In this document: in pieces, positions 48,928-59,100 of the stretch
Layout: the number at the start of each line of letters is the position of its first letter
Position numbering within the stretch: position 1 is the stretch's first letter
Origin: a virus
Taxonomy: Duplodnaviria; Caudoviricetes
Virus record (IMG/VR): IMGVR_UViG_3300011008_000034
Location: 64,001-128,000 of that record
Reading direction: 5' to 3' (one strand)
DNA length: 64,000 bases
Position numbers and translations under genes: made by a program
The notes under the pieces: model-generated
Database searches by the model: none
What the model saw: the letters and a program-made list of their open reading frames with translations, nothing else
What the model was told of the DNA's origin: nothing

Positions 48928-49185
48928 TTATCCTACAGGCCAGCATATTACTTTTCCATCATTTCTTTTTATAAAAACTTGATCGCCATCATATTCTGTA
49001 ATTTCACCAGTATCTATGATTTTTCGTTCTCCATCAAAAAATACAACAAAACCTTTATTAATTTCTAAAATCTTAGATTGATATCCACTTAATATCGCTA
49101 ATTCTAATCCTAATTCTTTTATATAATTTAACGGATTCTTTTGAACATCACTTGTTATTTCTTCTAAATTATGAAATTTTTGCAT
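48928..49185 (-). CDS. Hypothetical protein
   Basis: GAGGAG RBS. Confidence 0.55.
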   Translation of the reverse strand: MQKFHNLEEITSDVQKNPLNYIKELGLELAILSGYQSKILEINKGFVVFFDGERKIIDTGEITEYDGDQVFIKRNDGKVICWPVG

Positions 49186-49585
49186 GAATAATCTCCTCGC
49201 TTGGTATTGAGATTTTATTACTAAATAATAATGTTAAACATTCTGACATTGATTTATCAGAATAACCAAGTAATTTTCCTGTAATGTATTCAGAAATAAA
49301 TTGAGATTGCGGAGAATTGAAATCATGTTCAACAAAATCAATTAAAATTCTTTGATAATCATATCGATATACATAACAATGATATTATTTTAATTTAGAT
49401 TTAACATACATTACAATTTTTAAGTTGTATTGATTTGCAAAGGATTTAATCTGTCGAAAATCTTTACGAATATCCAATGATTTTTCATAATGATTCTCTA
49501 ATAAGGCGCAATTTCTTACGCCTTTATAGAGAAGATACATTTCGTTACAACACACATCAAATTCACTCGGAGACACATTCTTCAT
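49169..49585 (-). pseudogene. Paralog of 49756-50274 with an in-frame TAA at 49385-49387
   Basis: KGVRNCAL…KLK*YHCYVYRYDYQRILIDFV…ITGKLLGYSD, collinear with the intact neighbour. Confidence 0.75.
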
Positions 49586-49591
49586 CCTCCT

Positions 49592-49777
49592 TTAAATTCC
49601 CATTTTTTCTGTCATTATCTTTGCAAGACATTCAAAAAAATTATTTGTATCTGATTCATTTAAATCATCTTCATCTTCGTTTTTAACTAAAAACTTATTT
49701 TGATTACGCAAATAATCAAATGATTTTGGCGCAACTTCATCAATATTTTCTTTTTTTAATTGTTCTGGCGTGCACAT
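49592..49777 (-). CDS. Hypothetical protein
   Basis: GGAGG RBS. Confidence 0.45.
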   Translation of the reverse strand: MCTPEQLKKENIDEVAPKSFDYLRNQNKFLVKNEDEDDLNESDTNNFFECLAKIMTEKMGI

Positions 49778-50274
49778 TCTTCATCCTCCATTTCTATATC
49801 TACATATTCCTTATCTAATTCTTCGCGAATATCTTCAAAATCATCACTATAAACAATTTCATGTTTTTGCGGATTAAAATCATCAAGAAAATATGGTTTT
49901 GATAAAAATTCATTCATGGAAAAATCCGCATAACCAAGTAATTTTCCCTGGATATAAGCAGATAACGTATTTAAGTGAAAATTATCTCTCCAATCAGAAG
50001 TAACAAAATCAATAAGAAAACGCTGGAACGGATATTTATAAACATAACAATCTGCTGATTTTAATTTCTTATAAACAATTAATAATGTATATAAGCCACG
50101 ATGTTTTGCATTTGTTTTGATTTCTTTATAACGTTCTACAACCACATCATCCATATGCGAATTCGTTTGAAAATCCTCATAATCAGCAACTTCAATTAAT
50201 GCACAACTTCTAACTCCTTTCTCAATAAGATATGATTCTTCACATACTCGAGCATAATCATATATAACTGACAT
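49756..50274 (-). CDS. Hypothetical protein (weak DUF2023-like KGVR…GxLLGY pattern)
   Basis: KGVRSCAL and QGKLLGYAD. Confidence 0.55.
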   Translation of the reverse strand: MSVIYDYARVCEESYLIEKGVRSCALIEVADYEDFQTNSHMDDVVVERYKEIKTNAKHRGLYTLLIVYKKLKSADCYVYKYPFQRFLIDFVTSDWRDNFHLNTLSAYIQGKLLGYADFSMNEFLSKPYFLDDFNPQKHEIVYSDDFEDIREELDKEYVDIEMEDEECARQNN

Positions 50275-51218
50275 TAAATATCATCCTTTCCAAATAAAAT
50301 ATTACCTTTATCATCAGTAAACAATTCAAATCCTTTTCCATAAATACGATTATTATCATAGTCTATACGAACCCATTTATGTTTTGTATTTAACAAATGT
50401 TGTTTTGCAAAGTTAATAATTTTTATAACATTATCATCTGTAAAGGGTTCTTTTTTTACATTTGTATGATCGATAAAAATTAATTTCCATCCTTGTGATT
50501 TTAAAAAATAAGCACGTCTAATATCTTTTTTCTTTTTTTCTTTTAATGTTTCATATCCACATAAATAAGCAAAATAATGTCCTGTACCATTGTATTCCAA
50601 TCCTATCATTTCACTTGTAAATGCAATGTCAATAGCTGTTCTATCAACCGGAAAATTTAATTTTGAATCAATTAAAATATCATGTAAATGATACTGATAC
50701 TTAGATGTATTAATCGTTCCATTTTTACTTCTTGTTTTTATAGCTTTTATTTGAATTTGTTTTTGTATTTCTGGATTATCGAATGGATTTCTAAATCCTG
50801 TCTTTTTTTCATATGTATCACCACGAGCTTTTTGTACATTAGGGTCAGCTGATACACTTTTATACCCAGTCCTTTCAAAATGAGTTTGATTCTTTCTATC
50901 AGCTAATTCCTGATTTCCTTTTGGATTTTCTATTTTTCCATAATGCGATTTAAATGTTTTTATCCTTCTACATAAAGGACATAATTCAGCACCATGATCT
51001 CGTATTTTCCATCTTTCAGTTTCAAATTTTTTATTACAATTTTCACAAACACATTTTACTAATAAATTACTTGAAGGCTTTAAATCTTCATATGTAACTG
51101 TAAATTTTTGTCCCCAATTTGCTCCTAAATATTCATAACCTTTTTTTACATAATATTTATAAGTCATTGGGTGCCAAGAAATTTCAAATGTTTGATTAGG
51201 AATAATCAATAACATCAC
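50274..51218 (-). CDS. Free-standing putative homing endonuclease with three 23-aa repeats
   Basis: CENC…CPLC, repeats, DIAFTSEMIGLEYNGTGH…GWKLIFI. Confidence 0.72.
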   Translation of the reverse strand: MMLLIIPNQTFEISWHPMTYKYYVKKGYEYLGANWGQKFTVTYEDLKPSSNLLVKCVCENCNKKFETERWKIRDHGAELCPLCRRIKTFKSHYGKIENPKGNQELADRKNQTHFERTGYKSVSADPNVQKARGDTYEKKTGFRNPFDNPEIQKQIQIKAIKTRSKNGTINTSKYQYHLHDILIDSKLNFPVDRTAIDIAFTSEMIGLEYNGTGHYFAYLCGYETLKEKKKKDIRRAYFLKSQGWKLIFIDHTNVKKEPFTDDNVIKIINFAKQHLLNTKHKWVRIDYDNNRIYGKGFELFTDDKGNILFGKDDI

Positions 51219-51219
51219 C

Positions 51220-54200
51220 TCATACTGTTACCTCAAAATCTTTTATCACAAATTCTTCTTCTTCCTCATATAATTTTCTTCTGCATCTTGCGTGACGATG
51301 AAAAATAGGAGTCTCATCGTCAAAATCAAAAACAAAACACTTGTTTTTCCCAGGATATAAACGCATTACACGTCCAATTCTTTGATATGCTTTACATGAC
51401 GATTTGCCTCCACCTGCTAAAATCAATGTATCAAGTTTTGGTAAATCCAATCCCTCGTCTGCTATTGTGGACGAAATAATCAATGTACAATACCCGCGTT
51501 TTACTCCTTCAAAAACAACTTGTCGTCTATATATGCTATCGTCTCCAGATAAAAATTCAATATTAGCTACTGTTTCTTCTACTTCAGTTCCATTATCATT
51601 ATAGATAAATTTTGTCTCTTTTTTCCCTAAAATATTACATAATTTCTCATACAAAAATTCGCCATGACGAACATATTTAATTAAAAGCAAAATTGTACGA
51701 TTACGTTTATACATCTGATAAGCAATTTTACAAATAATCTTATTCCGATTCATGTTATCTACAATTGCTTGTTCATATAATTTAGCATAATTTTTCCCTG
51801 AAAATCTTCCTGAAATAGGAACAAAATAAATATATGGACGAATTAAATATCCTAATTGGATTAATTTTGAAGCAGTAATAGCTTTACTGGGGTCACGTTT
51901 TGTCAATAATGCATCAATTAACATTGAGTCTCCAGAATCTCGCCAAGGCGTCGCGCTTACACCAATACGATAGTATGCATTAGTACATTCTGTAGCTACT
52001 TTTAAAAATGTATCTGCAGGAACATGATGACAATTACTCACCACTGCATCATTGGTCACAAAATTATGGTTATCTGCTACAGTAATATCATATACATATT
52101 CAGTATCATCATCATGAACATATTGAAAATCATATACTTTTCCAACAATTGGTTCAATTATAGTATAATAATCTTTTGCTCTAGTAGCTTTATATAAATC
52201 GTGATATGTTTGATAAATAGTATCTCCTGATTTATAAGAAATTTTAGTAGTAATAATATCTTCACCATATAAAATCCAATCAGCTCTAATATATTCTTGA
52301 CGATTATCTACCCAAATTTTATGATTATTTGTACACGTAATAATAGTCTTTTCATGATTAGCTGTTTTTACAAAAATCTTGCACATTTTCCTATCACCAA
52401 TAGGGATTTTAGAATAATTAGTAATAGGTTTAGATTCAAAAAATTTACGAGTAGTATTATATGTAATAACATCAAAATGGTCGCCTTTTTCCATTCTTTC
52501 TACAATATTCCCAATTGTAGTATAAGTTCCATTTGCCAATAATACTGTAGCATAATATGGGCAACATTCATCAAATAAAATCATATTAGCTTGTTTAGCT
52601 ATATCAATATCTGCAGATTGGATTGACATAACAGTAATATCTTTTGGTTCATAAATTCCATCACCAATGAATCCAATTTCTCTGCCTAGGAATTTTTGAA
52701 ATTCTTGTTTTAATTGTACACAAAGAGAAATTTTATCAGCAAATACACAAACTGGAGATACTTTAAACTTAGCTATTAAAGCGGCCATAATTAAAGTATT
52801 ATGCGTTACAATAAAATCATTGCAAATAAATGTATGGTCTTCACTATCCACAGCAATACATTTCATTTCTGAAAATTTTCCCGTTTTCTCAACATTAACA
52901 ATTTTTAATAAATCATAATAATGTCCTTTTGTTTGAGGTGCTTTTGCAAAACGTTCATTATGTTTTTTAGAAGAAAACAACTTATTATCTTTTCCACATA
53001 CACGAACAGAACAATCATCGGTCGTTACATTTCTATCTTTATAAAAACGCTTGCCAATTTTTAAACTTGCACGATATCCTAAACTAAGAATTAAATAATA
53101 AACATCTTTTGCAAGTTGTACACTAGTAGTACCAAAACTTACATGACCTTTTTCATCAACGTGACCATCTGTATCAATCAACCCGCGTAATAATTCGAGA
53201 CGGTCTTCTTCTGAAGCAGTCAAATATTCTTGTGGAATAAATTTTTCACCTGATTTTGTGCCTTTGAACGTATTCCAAATATAATTAGTTAATGGATTGT
53301 TACGACCACCAACAAAATGTTTTTGAATATGAGTAGTATCTTTACGACGTTTAAAGAATCCAAATTCTTTTACAGATTCATTAAGTTTATCAAGAATATC
53401 ATCTTCAGGATTTGTGAATGTAATTACTCTACCAGTAAATCCCCCATCACCAAGCAACACTCCTAATGCATAAGGTGGAATTGGTAATTCTTTTTTAGGA
53501 AATTGTATTGGCTTACAAACTGGAATAGATAAAGTATATCCATGACCAGGAACTTTTACACGATATTTTGATACCATTTCTTCAATAGTAGCTACTCGCC
53601 ATTGTGCACTATGTTCTCTTATTCCATTTGACATAAATTTCCATAAATGGTCTTTACAACATTTTACAGTAGAACCATCACGAAAAGTTATTAACCATTC
53701 TTCTTTTTTTCCTTGAGGATATTCGCCAATTACTTTTGTTGGTTTTCCAAAACCATCAAACACAGTATCTCCTACATGAATATCTGAAAGAGGGACAAAT
53801 CCATTTGGCGTTAAAATTGGAGTATCTAATGGCATAGCCTTGCCCGCTCCAGTGGCTGCTTGAATTACCTCACGAGGATTGCATATATCTATAACTTCTT
53901 TTTGATAATCTCTTATCTTTAATGGATTTCCATTAATCTCTTTTACTAAAGAATAATCTGCATCAGAAATTGGTTTTATTCTTGTATCGATTAATTTATA
54001 AGCAATATGACATTCTTTACAATAATCAATAACATCTTGTAAAAGACCGGCATATGTCTTTTTTGTTTTACGATTAAATAAATGACGATATCTTACTTCC
54101 ATGCTTCCAAATTCTTCTACTGGAAAAGATAATTTTGCCCATAAATTATACATTTGATCTTTGGTCATATTATTAACTTTTAAATAAACATTATCTAAAA

Positions 54201-54288
54201 TTAATTCTACTGGAGCATCTTCACCTAAATCATCTAATGATAATGACTTTGTTTTAATTTTAGGGGGTGTAATATTTTGTAGCTTCAT
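51220..54288 (-). CDS. SF2 (UvsW-like) helicase precursor with two inteins, about 497 aa after splicing
   Basis: IRDYQ, ATGAGK|T, DE|CHH, SATP, EGLDLP, QRIGRVMR. Confidence 0.9.
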   Translation of the reverse strand: MKLQNITPPKIKTKSLSLDDLGEDAPVELILDNVYLKVNNMTKDQMYNLWAKLSFPVEEFGSMEVRYRHLFNRKTKKTYAGLLQDVIDYCKECHIAYKLIDTRIKPISDADYSLVKEINGNPLKIRDYQKEVIDICNPREVIQAATGAGKAMPLDTPILTPNGFVPLSDIHVGDTVFDGFGKPTKVIGEYPQGKKEEWLITFRDGSTVKCCKDHLWKFMSNGIREHSAQWRVATIEEMVSKYRVKVPGHGYTLSIPVCKPIQFPKKELPIPPYALGVLLGDGGFTGRVITFTNPEDDILDKLNESVKEFGFFKRRKDTTHIQKHFVGGRNNPLTNYIWNTFKGTKSGEKFIPQEYLTASEEDRLELLRGLIDTDGHVDEKGHVSFGTTSVQLAKDVYYLILSLGYRASLKIGKRFYKDRNVTTDDCSVRVCGKDNKLFSSKKHNERFAKAPQTKGHYYDLLKIVNVEKTGKFSEMKCIAVDSEDHTFICNDFIVTHNTLIMAALIAKFKVSPVCVFADKISLCVQLKQEFQKFLGREIGFIGDGIYEPKDITVMSIQSADIDIAKQANMILFDECCPYYATVLLANGTYTTIGNIVERMEKGDHFDVITYNTTRKFFESKPITNYSKIPIGDRKMCKIFVKTANHEKTIITCTNNHKIWVDNRQEYIRADWILYGEDIITTKISYKSGDTIYQTYHDLYKATRAKDYYTIIEPIVGKVYDFQYVHDDDTEYVYDITVADNHNFVTNDAVVSNCHHVPADTFLKVATECTNAYYRIGVSATPWRDSGDSMLIDALLTKRDPSKAITASKLIQLGYLIRPYIYFVPISGRFSGKNYAKLYEQAIVDNMNRNKIICKIAYQMYKRNRTILLLIKYVRHGEFLYEKLCNILGKKETKFIYNDNGTEVEETVANIEFLSGDDSIYRRQVVFEGVKRGYCTLIISSTIADEGLDLPKLDTLILAGGGKSSCKAYQRIGRVMRLYPGKNKCFVFDFDDETPIFHRHARCRRKLYEEEEEFVIKDFEVTV
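52033..52566 (-). mobile_element. Mini-intein (178 aa) in Walker B
   Basis: CCPYYATVLLANG…CTNNHKIW…VYDITVADNHNF…VVSN|C; no endonuclease. Confidence 0.88.
52798..53838 (-). mobile_element. Class 3-type LAGLIDADG intein (347 aa) in Walker A
   Basis: Ala1 start AMPLDTP; WCT triad (DHLW, MKCIAV, VTHN|T); LGVLLGDG and LRGLIDTDG motifs. Confidence 0.9.
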
Positions 54289-54560
54289 TTATCTCCCTCC
54301 AATGGAATTATTCCAGTAAAATAATCTTGTTCTGTATCTATCCAACCAATTTGTTTCAATGTAGATTTATCTATAGAATTACAAAGAGTGGGGATATTAG
54401 GTAATCCCCAGTCTGTTGTACGATAAGAACATAAACAAGAAATAACTTTTATAGGTCCATCGCTTTTAAATGCATATGTTGTTTCTGGATATTCAAAATA
54501 AAATCCTTCTACTTCTCTTTTCGTTTCTTTGTCTATGGCTTTATAATATGGAATTCTCAT
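54285..54560 (-). CDS. YopX-like small protein
   Basis: YKAIDKE…VEGFY…IDKSTLKQ pattern. Confidence 0.5.
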   Translation of the reverse strand: MRIPYYKAIDKETKREVEGFYFEYPETTYAFKSDGPIKVISCLCSYRTTDWGLPNIPTLCNSIDKSTLKQIGWIDTEQDYFTGIIPLEGDK

Positions 54561-54832
54561 TATTCCTCCATAGCTTTTTTAGCTTCATCAAATAATTTAT
54601 TAAAATGGTCTTGTAAACGTTCTAATTCAAATTCATCTTGAATAGTTAAACGAAAACCATTTTTAGTAGGGCCAGAATAAGATTCAGTATTTTTAAATTG
54701 ACGAACATTTAAATAATAACATTGTTTTTGAACATCATGCTGAAAAGTAAATTGAAAATACATAGATGGATTCTGTTCCATTTGAAAATCTACTAATTTA
54801 TTATCATTAAAACCAAACTGTTGAATCTTCAT
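54560..54832 (-). CDS. PC4-like ssDNA-binding protein
   Basis: YLNVRQF…GPTKNGFRL matches the PC4 pattern DIR…PTKKGI. Confidence 0.6.
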   Translation of the reverse strand: MKIQQFGFNDNKLVDFQMEQNPSMYFQFTFQHDVQKQCYYLNVRQFKNTESYSGPTKNGFRLTIQDEFELERLQDHFNKLFDEAKKAMEE

Positions 54833-55096
54833 TATGCATTCTCCTTTTCTAAATCTTCAATGCGAATTATTTTACCTCTATATGTAGAAATATCATCAGC
54901 TTTCACAATATCTAATAATAAATCTTCTAAAACTTTTTCAGGATTATTTACTCTTACTCGATAAACATCTTTTCCTACAATCATAGACAATTCATTTAAT
55001 GTACCTGTACTACTAGTACAAAAAGCATCAATTGAATGTACTGGTAATGAACATAATGACTTTAAGTCCATATCTTTAAAAGTTAAAAAAATCATA
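54832..55096 (-). CDS. Hypothetical protein
   Basis: Probable start at MIFLT after AAGGTG; the coordinate is approximate. Confidence 0.5.
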
Positions 55097-55108
55097 TTTG
55101 CACCTTCT

Positions 55109-55528
55109 TTAGAATAAATGTTCTTCAGCATATCCATCGTCTGTAGTATAAAAAATAGTACGAATCCCAAAATCTTTTATAGCTTGCATGCATGATGGAC
55201 ATGGTCTTGCCATACCAAATTCTTTTGTTTTTCTTATTCGATAAACATATAAACACATTTTTCTAGGGTCTAAAGTTTTATCTTTTATATGCAATAATGC
55301 AGCTATTTCTGCATGACATTTCGCATCATAATCATCTGGTGAGTCTATTCGATATTTGTTGTATTCTTTTTGCATAGGATGTGTTTTATCTGAATTAACG
55401 CCGGTAGCAATGACCATTCCTTTATATGTAATCACACAACCTATATGAAATTTAAAATATTTTGATTGCTGAGCTACTTGTTTTGCCATTTCAAATGCTA
55501 ATTCCGCGCGTTTATTCAAAAAAATCAC
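55109..55528 (-). CDS. Zn-dependent cytidine/dCMP deaminase-fold protein
   Basis: HIGCVI…N, HAE, ARPCPSC, GIRTIFYT. Confidence 0.85.
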   Translation of the reverse strand: MIFLNKRAELAFEMAKQVAQQSKYFKFHIGCVITYKGMVIATGVNSDKTHPMQKEYNKYRIDSPDDYDAKCHAEIAALLHIKDKTLDPRKMCLYVYRIRKTKEFGMARPCPSCMQAIKDFGIRTIFYTTDDGYAEEHLF

Positions 55529-55717
55529 CTACCCTTGCAAAATAATTGAATCATTTTTTATAATAACACAACTTACTGGTTTTGCTTTTAATTCTAAATT
55601 TTCCATTGTACGATAATCTGCAATCAATACAACATCATCATCGTCAGCATTTTTTAACATATTTTTTAATATTTTTACTGTCAAATCACAGCGATTAGAT
55701 GGATTCATTTTAATCAT
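55529..55717 (-). CDS. Hypothetical protein
   Basis: Short ORF in an operon. Confidence 0.5.
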   Translation of the reverse strand: MIKMNPSNRCDLTVKILKNMLKNADDDDVVLIADYRTMENLELKAKPVSCVIIKNDSIILQG

Positions 55718-55718
55718 C

Positions 55719-55922
55719 TTATTCCTCCTTTACAAAATGATAAAAACATGTATGAGAGCCATAATCCCATATAATAGGATTCTCTCCATAGCTACGAATA
55801 TAAGGTGGAGTAAAATGATTTTGTTTCCACCACGCTAATACAGAATCTTGGGCTTCTTTTAAAGAATTGAATTTCCCATGACATTTAATTTGTCCTAAAC
55901 CATGCCACTGAACTTCGTACAT
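55719..55922 (-). CDS. Hypothetical protein
   Basis: AAGGTG RBS; WDYGSHTCFY motif. Confidence 0.6.
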   Translation of the reverse strand: MYEVQWHGLGQIKCHGKFNSLKEAQDSVLAWWKQNHFTPPYIRSYGENPIIWDYGSHTCFYHFVKEE

Positions 55923-55999
55923 TATCTCACCTTCTTAATTTTATTTTAAAAGAAAAAAGCAAAAATGCATTTACATCTAACTGTAAATGCACTATGCTA

Positions 56000-56182
56000 T
56001 TAATCTTCATCAGCGTATTCTAATGATGATGCTTTGATATTCGTATAACTAACTTTTCCATTATCAATAAAATAAGTATTATCAGAAAATGTTTGAGTAA
56101 TTGTATATATGCTATCATCGAAAGGATTTTTAGTAAATCTTACTTTATCAAATAAGTAAAAACGTTTTGCTAATCTTTTCAT
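56000..56182 (-). CDS. Small SH3-like protein with MKRLAKR leader
   Basis: ATGA-coupled to the tail gene. Confidence 0.5.
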   Translation of the reverse strand: MKRLAKRFYLFDKVRFTKNPFDDSIYTITQTFSDNTYFIDNGKVSYTNIKASSLEYADED

Positions 56183-59100
56183 TTTTCAATCAATCTCCCT
56201 TTTACATAGAACAAATCTCCATATACAGGATTTAGATGATTAATTACCGTGGTATTATAATTAATATTACTTACTACTAACAGCATAACTTCTCCACGTT
56301 CATTAATGACTAGACAATATCCACAAACATATTTTTTAATAGGATTTACACAATCATTAAAATATAAATTAAAATCTATATTAGCAAAAGTAATTTTTCC
56401 GTCTTGGAAATAACTTGAATCTTTGGATATTTTATATGTATTAACCAAATTACAATATCCTTCATTAATTCCCTTTAACATAAAATCATTCATGAATACT
56501 AATTTTTTATTAACATTTTCATTATTTAATGCATAAGACATATCATTAAAAATATCTTTTAAAATAATATCTTGATTATCTATTTGATATCCATTATACA
56601 TTCCACCAGGAAGTTCATTTACTAAATTTAAAATAATATTTTCATTATTTGGTTTTCCAGTAGATAATGTTGTAATAAAATATGTCCAAGGGGTTACACG
56701 TGTAACTTCTTTTGTTTTAGTAGTCATAACACCTTGATAAGGAATATGATTATACCAAATTGATAATAGCTCATCACTTGACATTTGATACGATATCATA
56801 ATAGGAATTTGAATCGACACACCATTTCTTGGTTTTGATGATTCATCAAATATAATAGTAATAAATGGTGTTCCAAAAGAATCTTCAGTTATATGAACAG
56901 GAATAGTATTCCAAATTCGTTTATTTGTAGCTTGTCCATATTCATCATAAAAAATTTCACCATCATGATATCCTAAAATCTCAGTATCATACTGTCCTGT
57001 AATATTTCCATTTTCATCTAAAATATTATTATTAAACGTATAAACAGACTTTAAAATTCCTCCGCGGATTTCTCCATCATGAATAATATCCATACATGGT
57101 AAAGTATAAACGTTATCTACACCATTAGCTGTAAATTCTAATAATTTACATTTATGCATATTTGTAAAAATGGTTTTAGAATTTAAGTCATAATCAAAAC
57201 TATATCCCGAACAACCTAATTCCAACGTCAATGTATCGCCAATATTTAAGGGATATTCTAATTTAATTGTATAATTTAAATCTTCTTCGCCAATTATTGT
57301 TGATGGTGTTTTAGTAATTGAAGTAATTCTATTTGTATGAGTTCCTACTATAGAAATAATTTTATAGCCATACATTTCCATAGGAATATCATATTGATTC
57401 GTACCATTACCAGAAATATTATAATAAATCAAACGGGCATAACATTGTGATTTAGTACGAGTACTATTAGCAAAATCATATGCTTCATCTTCATTGCCAA
57501 ATACTTTTCTTGGTTTTAGATATGGTACTTTCCTTGGATATTCTGAATCTTTTTTATGGAAAGATACTTCTTCAATAATATCTAATGGATAATCATAATT
57601 AGAATCAGGCATATCTAAATCATACTTTACTATGCCTGCAGCTAATATTTCTGTAGGCATATCCAATCCACCACAACCTGCTGGGAAGCAAACTTTACAA
57701 TGTATGACTACTTTTTCTAATGACTGGTCATAAGGTTTAAACTGAACAATATTAGTTCCTAATCCTTCACATTTACCATAAATAGAATCCGTGAGATTGT
57801 TTCCTGACATATCATAAATAGCATTTATTTCGGATATATACCGGTCTGAATTTAATGAAATTGTAAATGTTTTTAAACTAACATCTTTATCATATTCTCG
57901 ATAAAAAACTGTATCTTCTTGTTCAAATTCATTATCACTCAAGTTATTGATTATTGAATCAAAGCTTGGAGCTAATAATGTATCTGATTCAAGAAAATCA
58001 TGAGGAAGCATTGGCCAGAAATTATTGACCATATAACTATATCCAGTTCCGGAACCCATTACAACTTCAAAACAACGATTATACATCAAAACTTCTTCAA
58101 TAACAAATCCAGGATTAGTAGTATTTCTTAAATCTCCAATCTTAAATCTATATGGAGTCAAATAAGACACAGAACAATTACTTTGAGCAATTAGACTTCC
58201 ATTTAAATAAACATAAATCTGTCCAATTACCGGGGAAGGATTTTCATTATAAGACAACCTGACATGATAATATCTTCCTGAAATCATTAATGTTTCAGAT
58301 AAATTAGCTATCGCTTTATTTTCAATATAATTATCATTAGATACTTCATAATTATACTGAGCGAAGATTAATAAATTCTTTTCTTTACGTAATTGTATAA
58401 TGGGAGAATTACTTTCATTTACAATGGATAATATGATTTGAGATGTTTCATCGCATCCATTCCAATTCGGTTTAATAAAGAAATCTATAGTCCCTCTATC
58501 TTTTTCTACTAAATCATTAATGGTATAAGATAATTCTGTATTATTATCAATAACAGCACCAAGATGATTTAATGAAGATTCATAATAAATTGATTTTTCA
58601 TAAATTCTTGGAGCCAATGGATCGTTTGTGGGATATTCTTGAATAATACTTCCGTTAAATGGGATATGAAAAATTGTTGAAGATACATTTGTGTAATCAA
58701 ATGGTTTATTTCCAATCTGAACACGACGCATTTTTTTGGTCTGACTTGTTTCTAGGTTATTATTAAAAATATCTCGTATGGTATCATCTGCTATAGCGTT
58801 ATATCTTATACTGGAAAATGTAATAGTTTTTCTTAAATCAATAATATCAGATTTTGATATAGAATCATATGCCTTCATATCCGGTCTCATATTATTTTTT
58901 AAGTCTCCTTTTAAAGAGGAATCATTAGAGACCAGCATAGCATTATATGATGGAGCACCATTATAATTATTGAAACTATATTTAGTAGTATTCCGTCTTC
59001 TTACTCTAAACATAGGAATAGCAAAGACATATCTTCCTTTTAAAGTAGATGACTGGATATCATAATTAGGACGGCCAGCTACATAAAGATTTTTATCTCC

